The notes under the pieces were generated by a model. The model had not been told where the DNA came from and ran no database searches. It worked only from the letters and a program-made list of their open reading frames with translations. The translations under genes and the position numbers were made by a program. Below, one piece after another: positions 40,560-50,310 of a stretch of 64,000 nucleotides of DNA. The number at the start of each line of letters is the position of its first letter. Positions within the stretch are counted from its first letter, which is position 1. The stretch lies in the NCBI GenBank assembly GCA_031272885.1, contig JAISSX010000059.1, positions 6,021 to 70,020 of the forward strand. Reading direction: 5' to 3'. This DNA is from Bifidobacteriaceae bacterium. GTDB taxonomy: Bacteria > Actinomycetota > Actinomycetes > Actinomycetales > WQXJ01.

Positions 40560-43500
40560 TTAGCGGAGTTCCAGGAGCACCGGGCGGCGGGCCGGCAGCA
40601 CCAGCGCGAAATCACGCGGGCCGTCGATGGCGCCCAGGTCGGTTTGCCGATCCTCTTCCACCAGGTAGACGTGCCGCTCGTTGGCGTCCCCGGCGCCATC
40701 GGGCTCATCCAGCCCATAGGCAGCGGGGTCAAGCGTGACCGTGACCGTCTGGGACTGTTCCAGCACGTTGACGAAGAAGAAGCCGCACTTCTCGGCGCCG
40801 TAACGCCAGGCGGCGTGCACCACCGAAGGTACGGTCAGCACACCTTCCTGTTGATACTCGGAGAAGTCAGCCGCGCAGTTGAAGTGGAACCAGTCCAAGT
40901 CCACCAAGGGCGCCTCGAACGCCAAGGGCCGCAGCATCTGGCCGTAGGCCAGGTAGGGCAGCGCGAAACCGGTCCGGGCCGCCGCCAGGCCGCGCACGTA
41001 GGCGGCCCGTTGCGGCACCGTCTGGTAGTAACGGTCCACCACGAAGGGTGAGAACGACTGCGACATGTCATCGCAGTGCCCGTCAATCACGTCCAGCGAA
41101 CTGAACTCGCCGTTGATCTCGAACAGCCCGCCCCACGCCACGATCCGGGCCGCCAGCCAGTAGAACAGGTCGCCCTGTTCGTCATCGAGCTTGGCCCAGC
41201 CGTCCAGGCGGACCGGCCCGTGGTCGTGGTAGACGAAGGCGAACAGCGGCACCTTGACACAGGTGCCTTCCCTGATCCAGTGGTAGAACGAACCGGCCTC
41301 GAAGGCGGACACCGGGCTGGCTTCGGCCCGGGCCTGGTAGAAGTCCATCTCGGACAGGAAAACCTCGTTCACCATCTCGCAGCCCAGCGGCACCACCTCG
41401 CCGCCGGCGGCCTCGCGGCAGGCCTGGCGCACCGTCGCCATCACGTCCAGGTAGGCGGCCGGCAGCACGGCCCCGCCGCCGGCCGGGTGGCCGTGGCTTT
41501 CATCCAGGCAGCTCAACAGAATGTTGTTCGGGCCAATATCCCAGTAGATCGCGGAGGCCCCCAGTTCGCGCACGGCCCCGGTGTCCCGGAAAACGGACAG
41601 TTGGGCCTGGAATGGCGGCACCGGGCACAGGAACGGGAAGCTGTACCGGTCCCGGGACAGCGTGTCGGTCTGGCCGGGTGTGTCCCGGCCGGGGATCTTC
41701 TGCATGGCGGCGGCCGCGGCCGGATAGTCCACCGAGCCCTTTTCCGAGAACGCCGTGGCAAACGTGAACGGCGCGAAATGGTCGCCCTGGGCCGCCAACG
41801 TTTCTAGGTAGCTGGGCGCTACGGGCGCTGGGAACACCATGTCGGTGCCACCGTTCATGTTGCCCAGGTAGTCGAAGCGGCCAAGCTGCCAATTGGGGCC
41901 GGTGATGTGGAAGATCGAGGTGCCCAGGTCGCGGTGCAGGTGCTCCAGCCAGGCCGTGCGGTCATACTGCGTCGAGATGCCCATGGCGGCGGCGCCGGTC
42001 TGTTCCAGCAGCCACACGGCCTTGTCTTCGCGCTGGCGCCACGGACCCTTGTCGCACCACGGCTGGGCCAGCGCCCAGGCGCGGTAGCGTTCGGCCGCCT
42101 CGTACCAGTTGCCCTCCACCAGGGCGCCCAGCCGCACGCTGTACGGCAGGTGCAGCTCGTTGCCGGGTTGCACCCCGCAGGCCGAATGAAGGAAGCGGAA
42201 TCGCAGGTGATCGTCCGGTTTGTCGCAGTCGAGCCATTTGACCCAGCCCGTACCGTCATCGGTCATGAAACTGAACCCGCCCACGTCCGCGCGGTAGTAG
42301 GCCATGATCTGGGTCGAGGCGCCGTTGAAACCCTCTGGGTACGGGCAGGGCAGCCCGCTACCGTCCGGGAATAGTTCCAGCGGGTCGGTGAACAGGAAAC
42401 CGGTACCGTACGGGGTCAGCAGGTAGTTGTGCCCGATGTCGCCCGCCACCAAGGTTCCCACGCCCCTCACCACGGGGTATTCCAGCAGGTAGACGGCCTG
42501 CTGGCCGGTATTGGTGACTTCGGCCGTGAAGACCGCCTCGCGGGCGTCCGGTTCCAGCACGATGGCGGCCCGCACGGTCAGGCCGTCCTGGCAGGCCCAC
42601 TGCAGATCGAGGCGGCCGGGGGCGGCGGCGGCGCTGAACTGGGCGCCGGCCTGGGCGGGCGTGAGCCAATCGGCTTCCGGCTGGCCGGGTGCGGTGGCCA
42701 GCTTCCAGGCCGGTTCGTCCGGTTGGGCCTGGTAGGCCGGGTCGATCAGGTCCAGGTTGTTGGCCTGGTTGGAGATGCGGGTCAGGGCGCCGGTGGTGGG
42801 GTCTAGTTGCAGGCGGAGATGGGGGTTTTGCAGGACCAGGGGGGTGCCTGGGGTGGGGGTAGATCCCGGGTCAAGCCCGGGATGACGGGGGGTGGCGTCG
42901 GGGTGACGGAGGGTGGCCGGGCGCGGCGGCCAGACGATGGCGGGCAGCCGGCTTGGCCCCAGCGGCGCCCGCTCAAGAGTCAAGTAGCCGAAGTCGAAGC
43001 CCACCTCGGTCGGTTCCCAGGACCGCACCGAGACGCCGGCCCGGGCGGCCCGGGCCGGCGCGGCCAACGTCAGCGCCGCAGTCCACTCATCGTCTGCGGC
43101 CAGCTTGTAGGCCAGGGTGTATTCAGTACCGCGCCGGGCGGCCTGCAGCCACACCCGCGGCTGGCCCAAGGGCACCGTCGCCAGGACGGGCCGGCCGGTG
43201 CGGGCCGCCACCAGGGTTTGGTCCCCGGTCAGGCCCCAATACACGGCGTCGCGCCCGCCAAACCAAACCAGCAGGCCGCCTTGGCATGCGGCCCCGCCGG
43301 CGTAAACAAGGGTGGCCACCGTCTCGGCCGTCCAGTCCCCCTCGCCCAGGTCATCGCGGTAAACCTGGGGGGCGTCATCGGCGGCCGGCGACAGGTCGAA
43401 AGCCCGGCCGCCGGGCAGGGCAATCCGCAGGTTCTTGTTCGGCCTGCCCTCCCCTTGGATGTTGGCGGGCAGGTCCACCACCGGCCCGTAGGCGGGCACG

Positions 43501-44075
43501 TAGCGGGTGCAGATCGGGCCGAACGTGCGGGCGTTGCCGGTGGTTTCGCCGATGTCGTCCGCGTCGGTGCCCGGCAAGGCGTGGAAGTCGGTTGAGTCGG
43601 CCTGGACGGACACCCCAGGCGGGGCCGTCAGCGCCACCCCAACGGCCACCACCGGTTGGGTGGCATCGCGGTATTGGCCGTCCGACACCCACCGCTGGCC
43701 GGCTTCGGCCTTGTGGAGCAGCGTGTAGATGTGGCCGGACTTCTCCACCCTGAGGTAGACCGAGCCCTGCCCCCAACCGCGGAACAGCACCGTGGTGGGT
43801 TGCCCGCCGCGCGTCAAGACCAGTTCACGGGTGCCGTTCCGCAGGCCCCACAGCAGGGTCTCACCGCCCGCCAACTCGACCGCCAACCCGGCCTGAAACT
43901 CCTGGCCAGGGGTGTATTCGGTCAGTTCCAGCCGCGTCTCGATGACGAAGTTGCGCCGGCCCAGGCCACCCGCCGCGCCGCCCAGGTTGGTGCGCATCAA
44001 GGCGTCTGTCAACGCGCCCGTGCCATCCGGCACGGCCAGGTGCAGGTTGGTCAACACTTCTTTCATCAGCGTCAA
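40560..44075 (-). CDS. Large cytoplasmic protein of unknown function. Two N-terminal ConA/LamG-like beta-sandwich modules plus a ~750-aa C-terminal region that looks like a glycoside-hydrolase barrel (DUF6259-like?).
   Basis: 1171 aa with no signal peptide. The start TTG (44075) overlaps the GH172 stop; an alternative ATG is at 44066. Last gene of the sugar-import operon. No family motif that I can name with confidence; conserved-looking acidic/His strings are IYWDIGPNN, CLDESHGHPAGGG and GCEMVNEVF. Confidence 0.8.
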   Translation of the reverse strand: MTLMKEVLTNLHLAVPDGTGALTDALMRTNLGGAAGGLGRRNFVIETRLELTEYTPGQEFQAGLAVELAGGETLLWGLRNGTRELVLTRGGQPTTVLFRGWGQGSVYLRVEKSGHIYTLLHKAEAGQRWVSDGQYRDATQPVVAVGVALTAPPGVSVQADSTDFHALPGTDADDIGETTGNARTFGPICTRYVPAYGPVVDLPANIQGEGRPNKNLRIALPGGRAFDLSPAADDAPQVYRDDLGEGDWTAETVATLVYAGGAACQGGLLVWFGGRDAVYWGLTGDQTLVAARTGRPVLATVPLGQPRVWLQAARRGTEYTLAYKLAADDEWTAALTLAAPARAARAGVSVRSWEPTEVGFDFGYLTLERAPLGPSRLPAIVWPPRPATLRHPDATPRHPGLDPGSTPTPGTPLVLQNPHLRLQLDPTTGALTRISNQANNLDLIDPAYQAQPDEPAWKLATAPGQPEADWLTPAQAGAQFSAAAAPGRLDLQWACQDGLTVRAAIVLEPDAREAVFTAEVTNTGQQAVYLLEYPVVRGVGTLVAGDIGHNYLLTPYGTGFLFTDPLELFPDGSGLPCPYPEGFNGASTQIMAYYRADVGGFSFMTDDGTGWVKWLDCDKPDDHLRFRFLHSACGVQPGNELHLPYSVRLGALVEGNWYEAAERYRAWALAQPWCDKGPWRQREDKAVWLLEQTGAAAMGISTQYDRTAWLEHLHRDLGTSIFHITGPNWQLGRFDYLGNMNGGTDMVFPAPVAPSYLETLAAQGDHFAPFTFATAFSEKGSVDYPAAAAAMQKIPGRDTPGQTDTLSRDRYSFPFLCPVPPFQAQLSVFRDTGAVRELGASAIYWDIGPNNILLSCLDESHGHPAGGGAVLPAAYLDVMATVRQACREAAGGEVVPLGCEMVNEVFLSEMDFYQARAEASPVSAFEAGSFYHWIREGTCVKVPLFAFVYHDHGPVRLDGWAKLDDEQGDLFYWLAARIVAWGGLFEINGEFSSLDVIDGHCDDMSQSFSPFVVDRYYQTVPQRAAYVRGLAAARTGFALPYLAYGQMLRPLAFEAPLVDLDWFHFNCAADFSEYQQEGVLTVPSVVHAAWRYGAEKCGFFFVNVLEQSQTVTVTLDPAAYGLDEPDGAGDANERHVYLVEEDRQTDLGAIDGPRDFALVLPARRPVLLELR

Positions 44076-45163
44076 GCCACTTCACAGTCCAACAGGCCGG
44101 GGGTGGGCGGCAGCGAGGCGGCCGCCGGGGCGTCCAGGTAGAACAAGGCGGTCGAGGCGATGTCGTCCTGCAGTTTGCGGTAGCGGTGCGGCAGGCCGTT
44201 GCCTTGGCCGGGGCCGATCCCCAACGCCTGCACGGTCACCCGCATGTCTTGGGCAAACGCGATGTCATCCACCACATGCCAGCGGTACATGCCGAACCGC
44301 TGCTGGCTGGAGTACAGCCCATCCGGCCGCAACACCTGGTTCAGGCCCAGGTAGGGCGTGGTGAACGCGGTGTAGCCCTGGCCGGGCACGTCGAAGTTCC
44401 AGGCGCCGCCAAAGTAGTCTTCAGTGCCGGTGCCGCAGATGGTGGGCCACTCGTCATCGCCGTCCAGGTAGAACTTGAGTTCACCCTCGCCCCACCAGCC
44501 GGGCGAGTTGGACTGCCAAGCCAGGTAGGTGCCCACGTAGCGGCCCACGCCGGAGGTGGTGTCCAGAATGGTGTGGACGCCATCGGGCACAAAGTGGGAG
44601 CGGCGCCACTGGCCGTGGAAGTAGAGGATCTGGTCCGGCAACTCGCCCAGGGCGTAGTCCACCTGCCAGTAGAGGTTGGCCGTGTTGGCCCCGATGTTCT
44701 CGACGGTCACCCGGGCGGCCTGGCGGAACGGCATGGGCCAGTAGCTGTTGAAGCCGCCGTTCGGGTTGACCGCGATCATCTGGGAGGACACCTGCGAAAA
44801 GGCGCACCAGCCGTTGCAGAAGAAGTCACCCAGCGGCACCTCGACGGCCGGGGTCTCGCTGCCCTCCCAATAGAAGCGCAGAACCAGGTTGCGCCACAGC
44901 AGGTAGTGGCAGGTCAGCCAAATGTGCCGGATGACGCCCGGGCCGGTGATGGCGGCCAGTTCGGCCGTTTCGCCCGGTTCCACGTCGATACACGGCGAGA
45001 CCTTCCAGCCCTGCCCCAAGCGGGAGGCCGCGGGGGCGCCGAAACCCTCGGTAGCAGCCCCGCCCGCGCCCTTGGCGCCGGTGAAGTTTTCCGCGCTGAT
45101 GGACCGGGATACCCAGGCCGATGGCGTGGCGAGACCGAGCAGGTCAGTGACCTTCGCGTTCAT
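44072..45163 (-). CDS. DUF2961 / GH172-family glycoside hydrolase (alpha-D-arabinofuranosidase / alpha-D-fructofuranosidase family), cytoplasmic
   Basis: GPGVIRHIWLT, LRFYWEGSETPAVEVPLGDFF, YWPMPF, FHGQWRR, WWGEGELKFYLDGDDEWPTICGTGTEDYFGGAW, YRWHVVDDIAF. Confidence 0.8.
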   Translation of the reverse strand: MNAKVTDLLGLATPSAWVSRSISAENFTGAKGAGGAATEGFGAPAASRLGQGWKVSPCIDVEPGETAELAAITGPGVIRHIWLTCHYLLWRNLVLRFYWEGSETPAVEVPLGDFFCNGWCAFSQVSSQMIAVNPNGGFNSYWPMPFRQAARVTVENIGANTANLYWQVDYALGELPDQILYFHGQWRRSHFVPDGVHTILDTTSGVGRYVGTYLAWQSNSPGWWGEGELKFYLDGDDEWPTICGTGTEDYFGGAWNFDVPGQGYTAFTTPYLGLNQVLRPDGLYSSQQRFGMYRWHVVDDIAFAQDMRVTVQALGIGPGQGNGLPHRYRKLQDDIASTALFYLDAPAAASLPPTPGLLDCEVA

Positions 45164-45218
45164 TGTCTATTCCCTTTCGTGAGCCGCGCCGTGCGGGCGC
45201 GTCAAACCCTGACGTGGC

Positions 45219-46073
45219 TTACTTGAACCCGGACAGACGCGCCCCTTGGACAATCTGCCGCTGGAAGATGAAATACAGAATCAAGACCGGAATGACCGAC
45301 AGTGTGGCGGCCGCCATCAGCAGGCCAAGCTCCGTGGTGCGCTCGCCGCGGAACTGGGTCAAGTACTGCTGGATCACGTACATCTTCGGGTCGGACATGG
45401 TGATGACCGCCCAGACGTAGGTGTTCCAACCGGCCAGGAAAACTGACATGCCGGACACCACGAAAATGCCCTTCGACATGGGCACAAAGATGCGCAGGAA
45501 GACCTGGAAGCGGCTGGCGCCATCGATCAAGGCGGCTTCTTCCAGGGAACTGGGGATGCCCAGGTAGAACTGGCGGATGAAGAAGATCTGACCGGCAGAA
45601 GCCATGGCCGGCAGGATCAGCACCCAGATCTTGTTGACCAGGTGCAACTCCGAGACCACCAGGAACGAGGTCAACAGGATGGTCATCCAGGGGATGAACA
45701 TGGTGCCGATCACCACCACCCAGGCCACCCGTTTGAAGATGAACTCAAGGCGGGCAAACACATAGGCCGCCATCGAGTTGACCACCAGGGAACCCAGCGC
45801 GAACAAGATGGCCACGGTGAAGGTGATGCCGATCGACCGGATGAAGGCCGGGTCATCCAGGATCTGCTTGTAGTTCTCCCACTTGAACACCTCGGGGAAG
45901 AACTTGAACGGGGTGCGGGTGACCTCGTTCTTCTCCTTCAGGCCGCACACGGCCATCCAGAGCAGTGGAAATACGGTGGCGACGACGAAACCGGCCACCA
46001 GCAACAGTTTGAAGGCCACCAGGCCCCACACCCGGGGGCCCTTGCCGGTGGTGCCGCGCAATGACTGAGCCAT
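45219..46073 (-). CDS. Carbohydrate ABC transporter permease
   Basis: 284 aa. EAA loop LEEAALIDGASRFQVFLRIFVP. ATGA overlap with the upstream permease. Confidence 0.9.
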   Translation of the reverse strand: MAQSLRGTTGKGPRVWGLVAFKLLLVAGFVVATVFPLLWMAVCGLKEKNEVTRTPFKFFPEVFKWENYKQILDDPAFIRSIGITFTVAILFALGSLVVNSMAAYVFARLEFIFKRVAWVVVIGTMFIPWMTILLTSFLVVSELHLVNKIWVLILPAMASAGQIFFIRQFYLGIPSSLEEAALIDGASRFQVFLRIFVPMSKGIFVVSGMSVFLAGWNTYVWAVITMSDPKMYVIQQYLTQFRGERTTELGLLMAAATLSVIPVLILYFIFQRQIVQGARLSGFK

Positions 46074-47020
46074 CAGACATCCACCGCCTTCTCGGATTGC
46101 AGCAAGCGGAAGATTAGGATGGAAATGCCGCCCATCACCAAGAACAAGATAAAGGCGGCCGCCATCGAGAAGCCCTTGGTTGCGTCAAACCGGAAATGCT
46201 GGAAGATGTACAGGTTGGGCACCAGGGTGGACTTGGCGGGGCCGCCATCGGTCATCACCATGGGGATTTCTAGGGCCTGCATGTTGGCCGTGAAACCGGT
46301 CACCACCAGGTACAGGAAGATGTTCTTCATCTGCGGCAGGGTGATGTAGCGCTGCTGGCGGAACCAGCCGGCGCCGTCCAGTTTGGCGGCCTCGTAGTAG
46401 GACTCGGGCACGTCGTTCATGGCTGACAGCATGATCAGGGCGGTCAGGCCAATGCCCACCCAGATGGTGGGTAACGTCAGCGCCGCCAGGGCCAGCTTGG
46501 TGTCCGCCAGCCAGCCTTGGGCTTCGACACCGAACACCCCCACCAGCCAGTTGGCGATGCCGCCCGGGTACTGGTAGATCATCTGGAACACCAGCGAGGC
46601 CACCACGCCAGAGATGACGGTGGGGATGTAGATGATGGCCTTCAGGAAGCCGGACAGCTTGGCGCCCACCGAGCGGGCCAGGGCACCGAAGATGAAGGCG
46701 ATGATCAGCATGACCGGCACCACCATGCAGGTGAACCGGAAGCCGCGGATAACCGAGTTCCAGAACTCGTCATCCTTCAGCACGTTGGTGAAGTTCCGCC
46801 ACCCCACGAAGCGGTTCGACTTGTAGAAGTTCCACTCATAGAAGCACAGGTAGATGGCGCGGATCAGCGGCCAGATGACGAAGATGGACAGGCCGATGAG
46901 GGCCGGGGCCAACATGCCGTAGGCCAACAGGTTGTGCCGGCGGCCGATGCCCAGCGAACTGGGTTTGGCCTTCTGCTTGCGCACCCGGCGTGATTCCGCC
47001 GGGCTGGTCTCAAGCGCCAT
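46073..47020 (-). CDS. Carbohydrate ABC transporter permease
   Basis: 315 aa. YEAAKLDGAGWFRQQRYITLP. Confidence 0.9.
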   Translation of the reverse strand: MALETSPAESRRVRKQKAKPSSLGIGRRHNLLAYGMLAPALIGLSIFVIWPLIRAIYLCFYEWNFYKSNRFVGWRNFTNVLKDDEFWNSVIRGFRFTCMVVPVMLIIAFIFGALARSVGAKLSGFLKAIIYIPTVISGVVASLVFQMIYQYPGGIANWLVGVFGVEAQGWLADTKLALAALTLPTIWVGIGLTALIMLSAMNDVPESYYEAAKLDGAGWFRQQRYITLPQMKNIFLYLVVTGFTANMQALEIPMVMTDGGPAKSTLVPNLYIFQHFRFDATKGFSMAAAFILFLVMGGISILIFRLLQSEKAVDV

Positions 47021-47067
47021 TGCTTGCTCCTAGGTTACGGGGGACGAGGTTAGGGGAATTGAGGGTT

Positions 47068-47123
47068 GGGGCCGCCCCGCGCGGTGGCGGGGACGGGGTC
47101 CCGCGGTGGTGCGGGGCGGCCCC
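47068..47123 (-). terminator. Intercistronic stem-loop between the SBP and permease genes
   Basis: Perfect 13-bp stem ggggccgccccgc / gcggggcggcccc with a 30-nt GC-rich loop. Same architecture as the hairpin at 3621-3671. Confidence 0.45.
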
Positions 47124-47160
47124 AGGAGGGTTATTGACTTGCTCTGCCTACCCGGTCGGG

Positions 47161-48630
47161 TTACTCGCCCGGGCCGGTGCCGGCAATGCCGAGCTGATCA
47201 ATCAGATCAACGATGGCGGATTGGGCGTCGGCACCGCAGGCAGCGGCGTCCTTGCCTTCCAGCATGGCGGCCTCAAGCTGCGTGCCGAAGGCCATCGAGA
47301 TGTCCCACGGATACTGGGCTTCGGCGATGGCGCTGGGCACGATGTCGGCCGTGATGGTAGCGCTGAACGGGTTGACGCTGTTCACGTTCGGGTCAGCGGC
47401 CATCACTTCGGCCACGGACTTGCGCGGCGACATCTTCGAGTACTGGGTGGTCTTGAAGTACTCGGAGATGACCTGTGGGTCGCCACCGTAGATGTAGTTG
47501 ATGAACTCAGCACTCTCCTGCGGGGCGTCAGACATGGCGTCCAGCACCAGCGTCCAGCCGCCCAGTGAGGCCGAGGCCTTGTCGGGCGAGTCGGTGGCCA
47601 GCGGCACCTTGGCCACAGCCGTGTTGGCGATCGAATCCGGATACTCGTTGATCAACTGGCCGGAAGCCCACGAGCCGTTGATCATCATGGCCAGGTTGCC
47701 CTCGCCGTAAGGCACCGCGTCGGTGTAGCCGGCCAGCGCCTGCTTCGGGATCAGACCCTCGGAATAGAGCGTGCTGTACAGCTCGAACAATGGCGCGAAC
47801 GCCTCATCGTCCGCCAGGCCTTCCGACCAATCGCCGTTCAGCATCAGGTGACCGGCCAGGCCGTACTGAATGCCCCACGTGGTCCAGGACATTTCGGTGG
47901 CGTTCTGGGCCAGGCCAAGAGCAAAGGCGCCTTCGGGCAGGGTCGGCTTGAGGGCGCGGGCCCACTCGACCAGTTCGTCGAACGTCTTGGGCGGGCTGGC
48001 CGGATCCAGGCCGGCGGCCTCGACCAGGTCGGTGCGGTAGAACAGCACCATCGACGGTTCGACCAGCAGCGGGTAGGCGTAGTAGCCGCCATCCACGGTC
48101 ACCATGGCCAGCACGTTCTCTTGCAGGTCGGCCCAGGATTCGGCCGGGATCAGGTCCTTCATGTCCTGGATCAGGCCCTGGGTGGCCAGGGTGGCGATCT
48201 GGTTGTAGGCCCGGGTGTAGACGTCCGGCGCCGTGCCGGAGGCCTGGGCCGCGGTCAGTTTCTGATCCCAGGCGTCGGCCGGCACCACTTCGAGGTTGAC
48301 GAAGATCGCACTCTGCGAAGCGTTGAAGGCGTCAACCTGGGACTTGTACCAGGCGTCCTCGGCGTCCTGGAAGTGCTGCATCCAGAACACGACCTCGGTG
48401 GCGCCCTCGGGGACTACCACTTCTTCGCCGGTGTCGCCGGTGTCGCCGGTGTCGGTGGTGTCGGTGGTGTCGGTGGTGCCCGTGTCGGTGGTGCTGGTGT
48501 CGCCGCCGCTGGTGGCGGTGGAGTCGCCATCGCCGCTGCTGCTGTCACCGCCGCAACCGGCCATGACCAGGCCGAGGGCAGAAATGGCGGCCACAACGGC
48601 CAGTTTGCCGCGTAGTGTCTTGCGGATCAT
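47161..48630 (-). CDS. Sugar ABC transporter substrate-binding lipoprotein
   Basis: Lipobox LVMAGCGG, a (T/D/G)-repeat linker, and a solute-binding fold. AAGGAGG RBS. Confidence 0.9.
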   Translation of the reverse strand: MIRKTLRGKLAVVAAISALGLVMAGCGGDSSSGDGDSTATSGGDTSTTDTGTTDTTDTTDTGDTGDTGEEVVVPEGATEVVFWMQHFQDAEDAWYKSQVDAFNASQSAIFVNLEVVPADAWDQKLTAAQASGTAPDVYTRAYNQIATLATQGLIQDMKDLIPAESWADLQENVLAMVTVDGGYYAYPLLVEPSMVLFYRTDLVEAAGLDPASPPKTFDELVEWARALKPTLPEGAFALGLAQNATEMSWTTWGIQYGLAGHLMLNGDWSEGLADDEAFAPLFELYSTLYSEGLIPKQALAGYTDAVPYGEGNLAMMINGSWASGQLINEYPDSIANTAVAKVPLATDSPDKASASLGGWTLVLDAMSDAPQESAEFINYIYGGDPQVISEYFKTTQYSKMSPRKSVAEVMAADPNVNSVNPFSATITADIVPSAIAEAQYPWDISMAFGTQLEAAMLEGKDAAACGADAQSAIVDLIDQLGIAGTGPGE

Positions 48631-48722
48631 CGAATGCCTCCTTTGGCTTCGGTGGGTTTGTTGCTTTACCTAGTGGGTTCTGTTGACTTGATTGGTTGTT
48701 TTGTTGACGGTTGGCAGGAAGA

Positions 48723-49994
48723 TCACCCGCCGCTGCCCTCGGCCAAGGTGATCTTGGTGAGGAAAGTGTTGTAGTCGTTCCACAGCGACATCGAGAAGTA
48801 GACGTCCGGGCCGTCCAGGCTCCACGGGTGCATGAAGCCGCCGTAGAGGCCGGGGAAGTCGGTTTGGGCGGCGATGACGGTGGCGTCTGACCACGGCCCG
48901 GTCGGCTCGGGCGCGGTGCGCAGCACGATGTCGTAGCTGTCCTTGATGTAGATGGCCAGCCACTGACCGGCCCAGGTGTTGTAGCCCACCGACAGTTCGC
49001 CCACCAGGCCGTCCAGCACGATGGCGGCCTTGGATTCGGCGTACGGGTTGTCCGCCGTGGACACCCAGTCGGTGCCGTCCCAGTATTCGAAGGCGGCCAT
49101 GTTCAGCGTGTACAGCTCGGTGGGGGCGATGCGGGCTACGTGGCCGGAACCGAAGCGCCCGTTGGGCGTGCCGAACATGTAGACCCACTGGCCATCGGGG
49201 CTGTTGGCGAAGGCCATCATCTGGAACGGATCGTCTTGGGGGCCGTCTGCCGCGCCGTTGGACCAGATGGCGTCCGGGTCCATGGTCCAGTTTTCGCCGT
49301 CGTCATCCGAGTAGGCCAGGCCCGAATACTGGGTCCACCAGATGCCCGGGTCGCCCCATTGCCGCACGGACATGTAGGCGATGATCTGGCGCCAGTTGCC
49401 GTTGCCGTCGTTGACGGCGATGCCGGCCGTGGGGATCACGGTGTACTGCCCGGTGCCTGAGGTCACCTTGTCGCTGGGCAGGATCTCCTTGGAGAACTGG
49501 TACACCCCAGTTGAGGGCGCCAGTACCACGGACTCCCAGGTCAGGCCGTCGGTCAGGTCACGGTCGGTGGAGCGGAACAGGGTGTTGGAGCGCCAGTGGC
49601 CCTGCATTTCAGGGGTGTTGAAGGTATCGCCGAAGGCGGCCAGGATGCGGCCCTCGCCGTCGTCCCACATGATGCCCAGGTCGGTGCCGCCCACCGAGCC
49701 CCATTCGTCCGTGTCGGTGGGGACAAGGGCGTCTGGGCCGGTCATCTGCGCCACGATGGAGGCGGTGGCGGCCACCGGGCTGGTGGCCTTGGTCGGCTCA
49801 GGCGTGGTGGTTTCGGCGGGGGTGGCGCTCTCGGTCGTCTGGGCCGCCTCGGTGCCCGATGCCGTCCCGGCGGCCGTGGGGCTTGGGGCGCCATCGGGCT
49901 CGCTGCTGTTGCAGCCGGCTACCAGGACCATGGCTAGCACTCCCATCGTGGCCGCGGTGAGGCGGCGAGGGCGGGTGAGGCGGTTCTGAGCCAC
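48723..49994 (-). CDS. Secreted DUF4185 (GH183-like, putative endo-D-arabinanase family) lipoprotein
   Basis: GTG at 49994 preceded by AAGGAGG. Lipobox LVAGCNSS. GGTDLGIMWDDGEGRILAAFGDTFN, WRSNTLFRSTDRDLTDGLTW, and C-terminal LYGGFMHPWSL..VYFSMSLWNDYNTFL. Confidence 0.7.
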   Translation of the reverse strand: MAQNRLTRPRRLTAATMGVLAMVLVAGCNSSEPDGAPSPTAAGTASGTEAAQTTESATPAETTTPEPTKATSPVAATASIVAQMTGPDALVPTDTDEWGSVGGTDLGIMWDDGEGRILAAFGDTFNTPEMQGHWRSNTLFRSTDRDLTDGLTWESVVLAPSTGVYQFSKEILPSDKVTSGTGQYTVIPTAGIAVNDGNGNWRQIIAYMSVRQWGDPGIWWTQYSGLAYSDDDGENWTMDPDAIWSNGAADGPQDDPFQMMAFANSPDGQWVYMFGTPNGRFGSGHVARIAPTELYTLNMAAFEYWDGTDWVSTADNPYAESKAAIVLDGLVGELSVGYNTWAGQWLAIYIKDSYDIVLRTAPEPTGPWSDATVIAAQTDFPGLYGGFMHPWSLDGPDVYFSMSLWNDYNTFLTKITLAEGSGG

Positions 49995-50061
49995 TGCCTT
50001 GACCTCCTTTGGCCAACGTCTCGGTGACACTGCTCGGTGTACTGCTGGGGCTCTTGCTCTC

Positions 50062-50079
50062 TGAGATATCGATTGCTCA
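50062..50079. promoter_or_regulatory. LacI-type operator (site 2)
   Basis: TGAGATATCGATTGCTCA, centred 76 nt upstream of the 49994 start. Confidence 0.6.
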
Positions 50080-50138
50080 CCGACCTGGTTTGCGGCCGGT
50101 TTGTGGGTGTTTGACAGGGAATAAGCCTAGAACCGGGG

Positions 50139-50156
50139 TGAGTAATCGATCTCTCA
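50139..50156. promoter_or_regulatory. LacI-type operator (site 3)
   Basis: TGAGTAATCGATCTCTCA. Its reverse complement TGAGAGATCGATTACTCA matches site 1 except at the two outermost bases. Lies 77 bp from site 2. Confidence 0.6.
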
Positions 50157-50310
50157 CGAGTCTAGTCCGCCCCGTCTCTAGCTGTCAAAGGTTCCTTGTA
50201 CGGGGGAAGGTCACAGTTTGATAACAATGCCGCCCAACCCTGGCCTCCCCATCCCCTGGCCCCTGGCCCCTGGCCCCAGGGGTCCAGGCCCCAGGGACAG
50301 GGGCAAGGGG

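Noticed and set aside
40517-40732. 71-aa minus-strand ORF ending in PPRESTVV, the same tail as NagA.
   Set aside because: The shared tail is just the family-A element read in the same frame. The ORF overlaps the end of the 1171-aa gene and has no coding signature.
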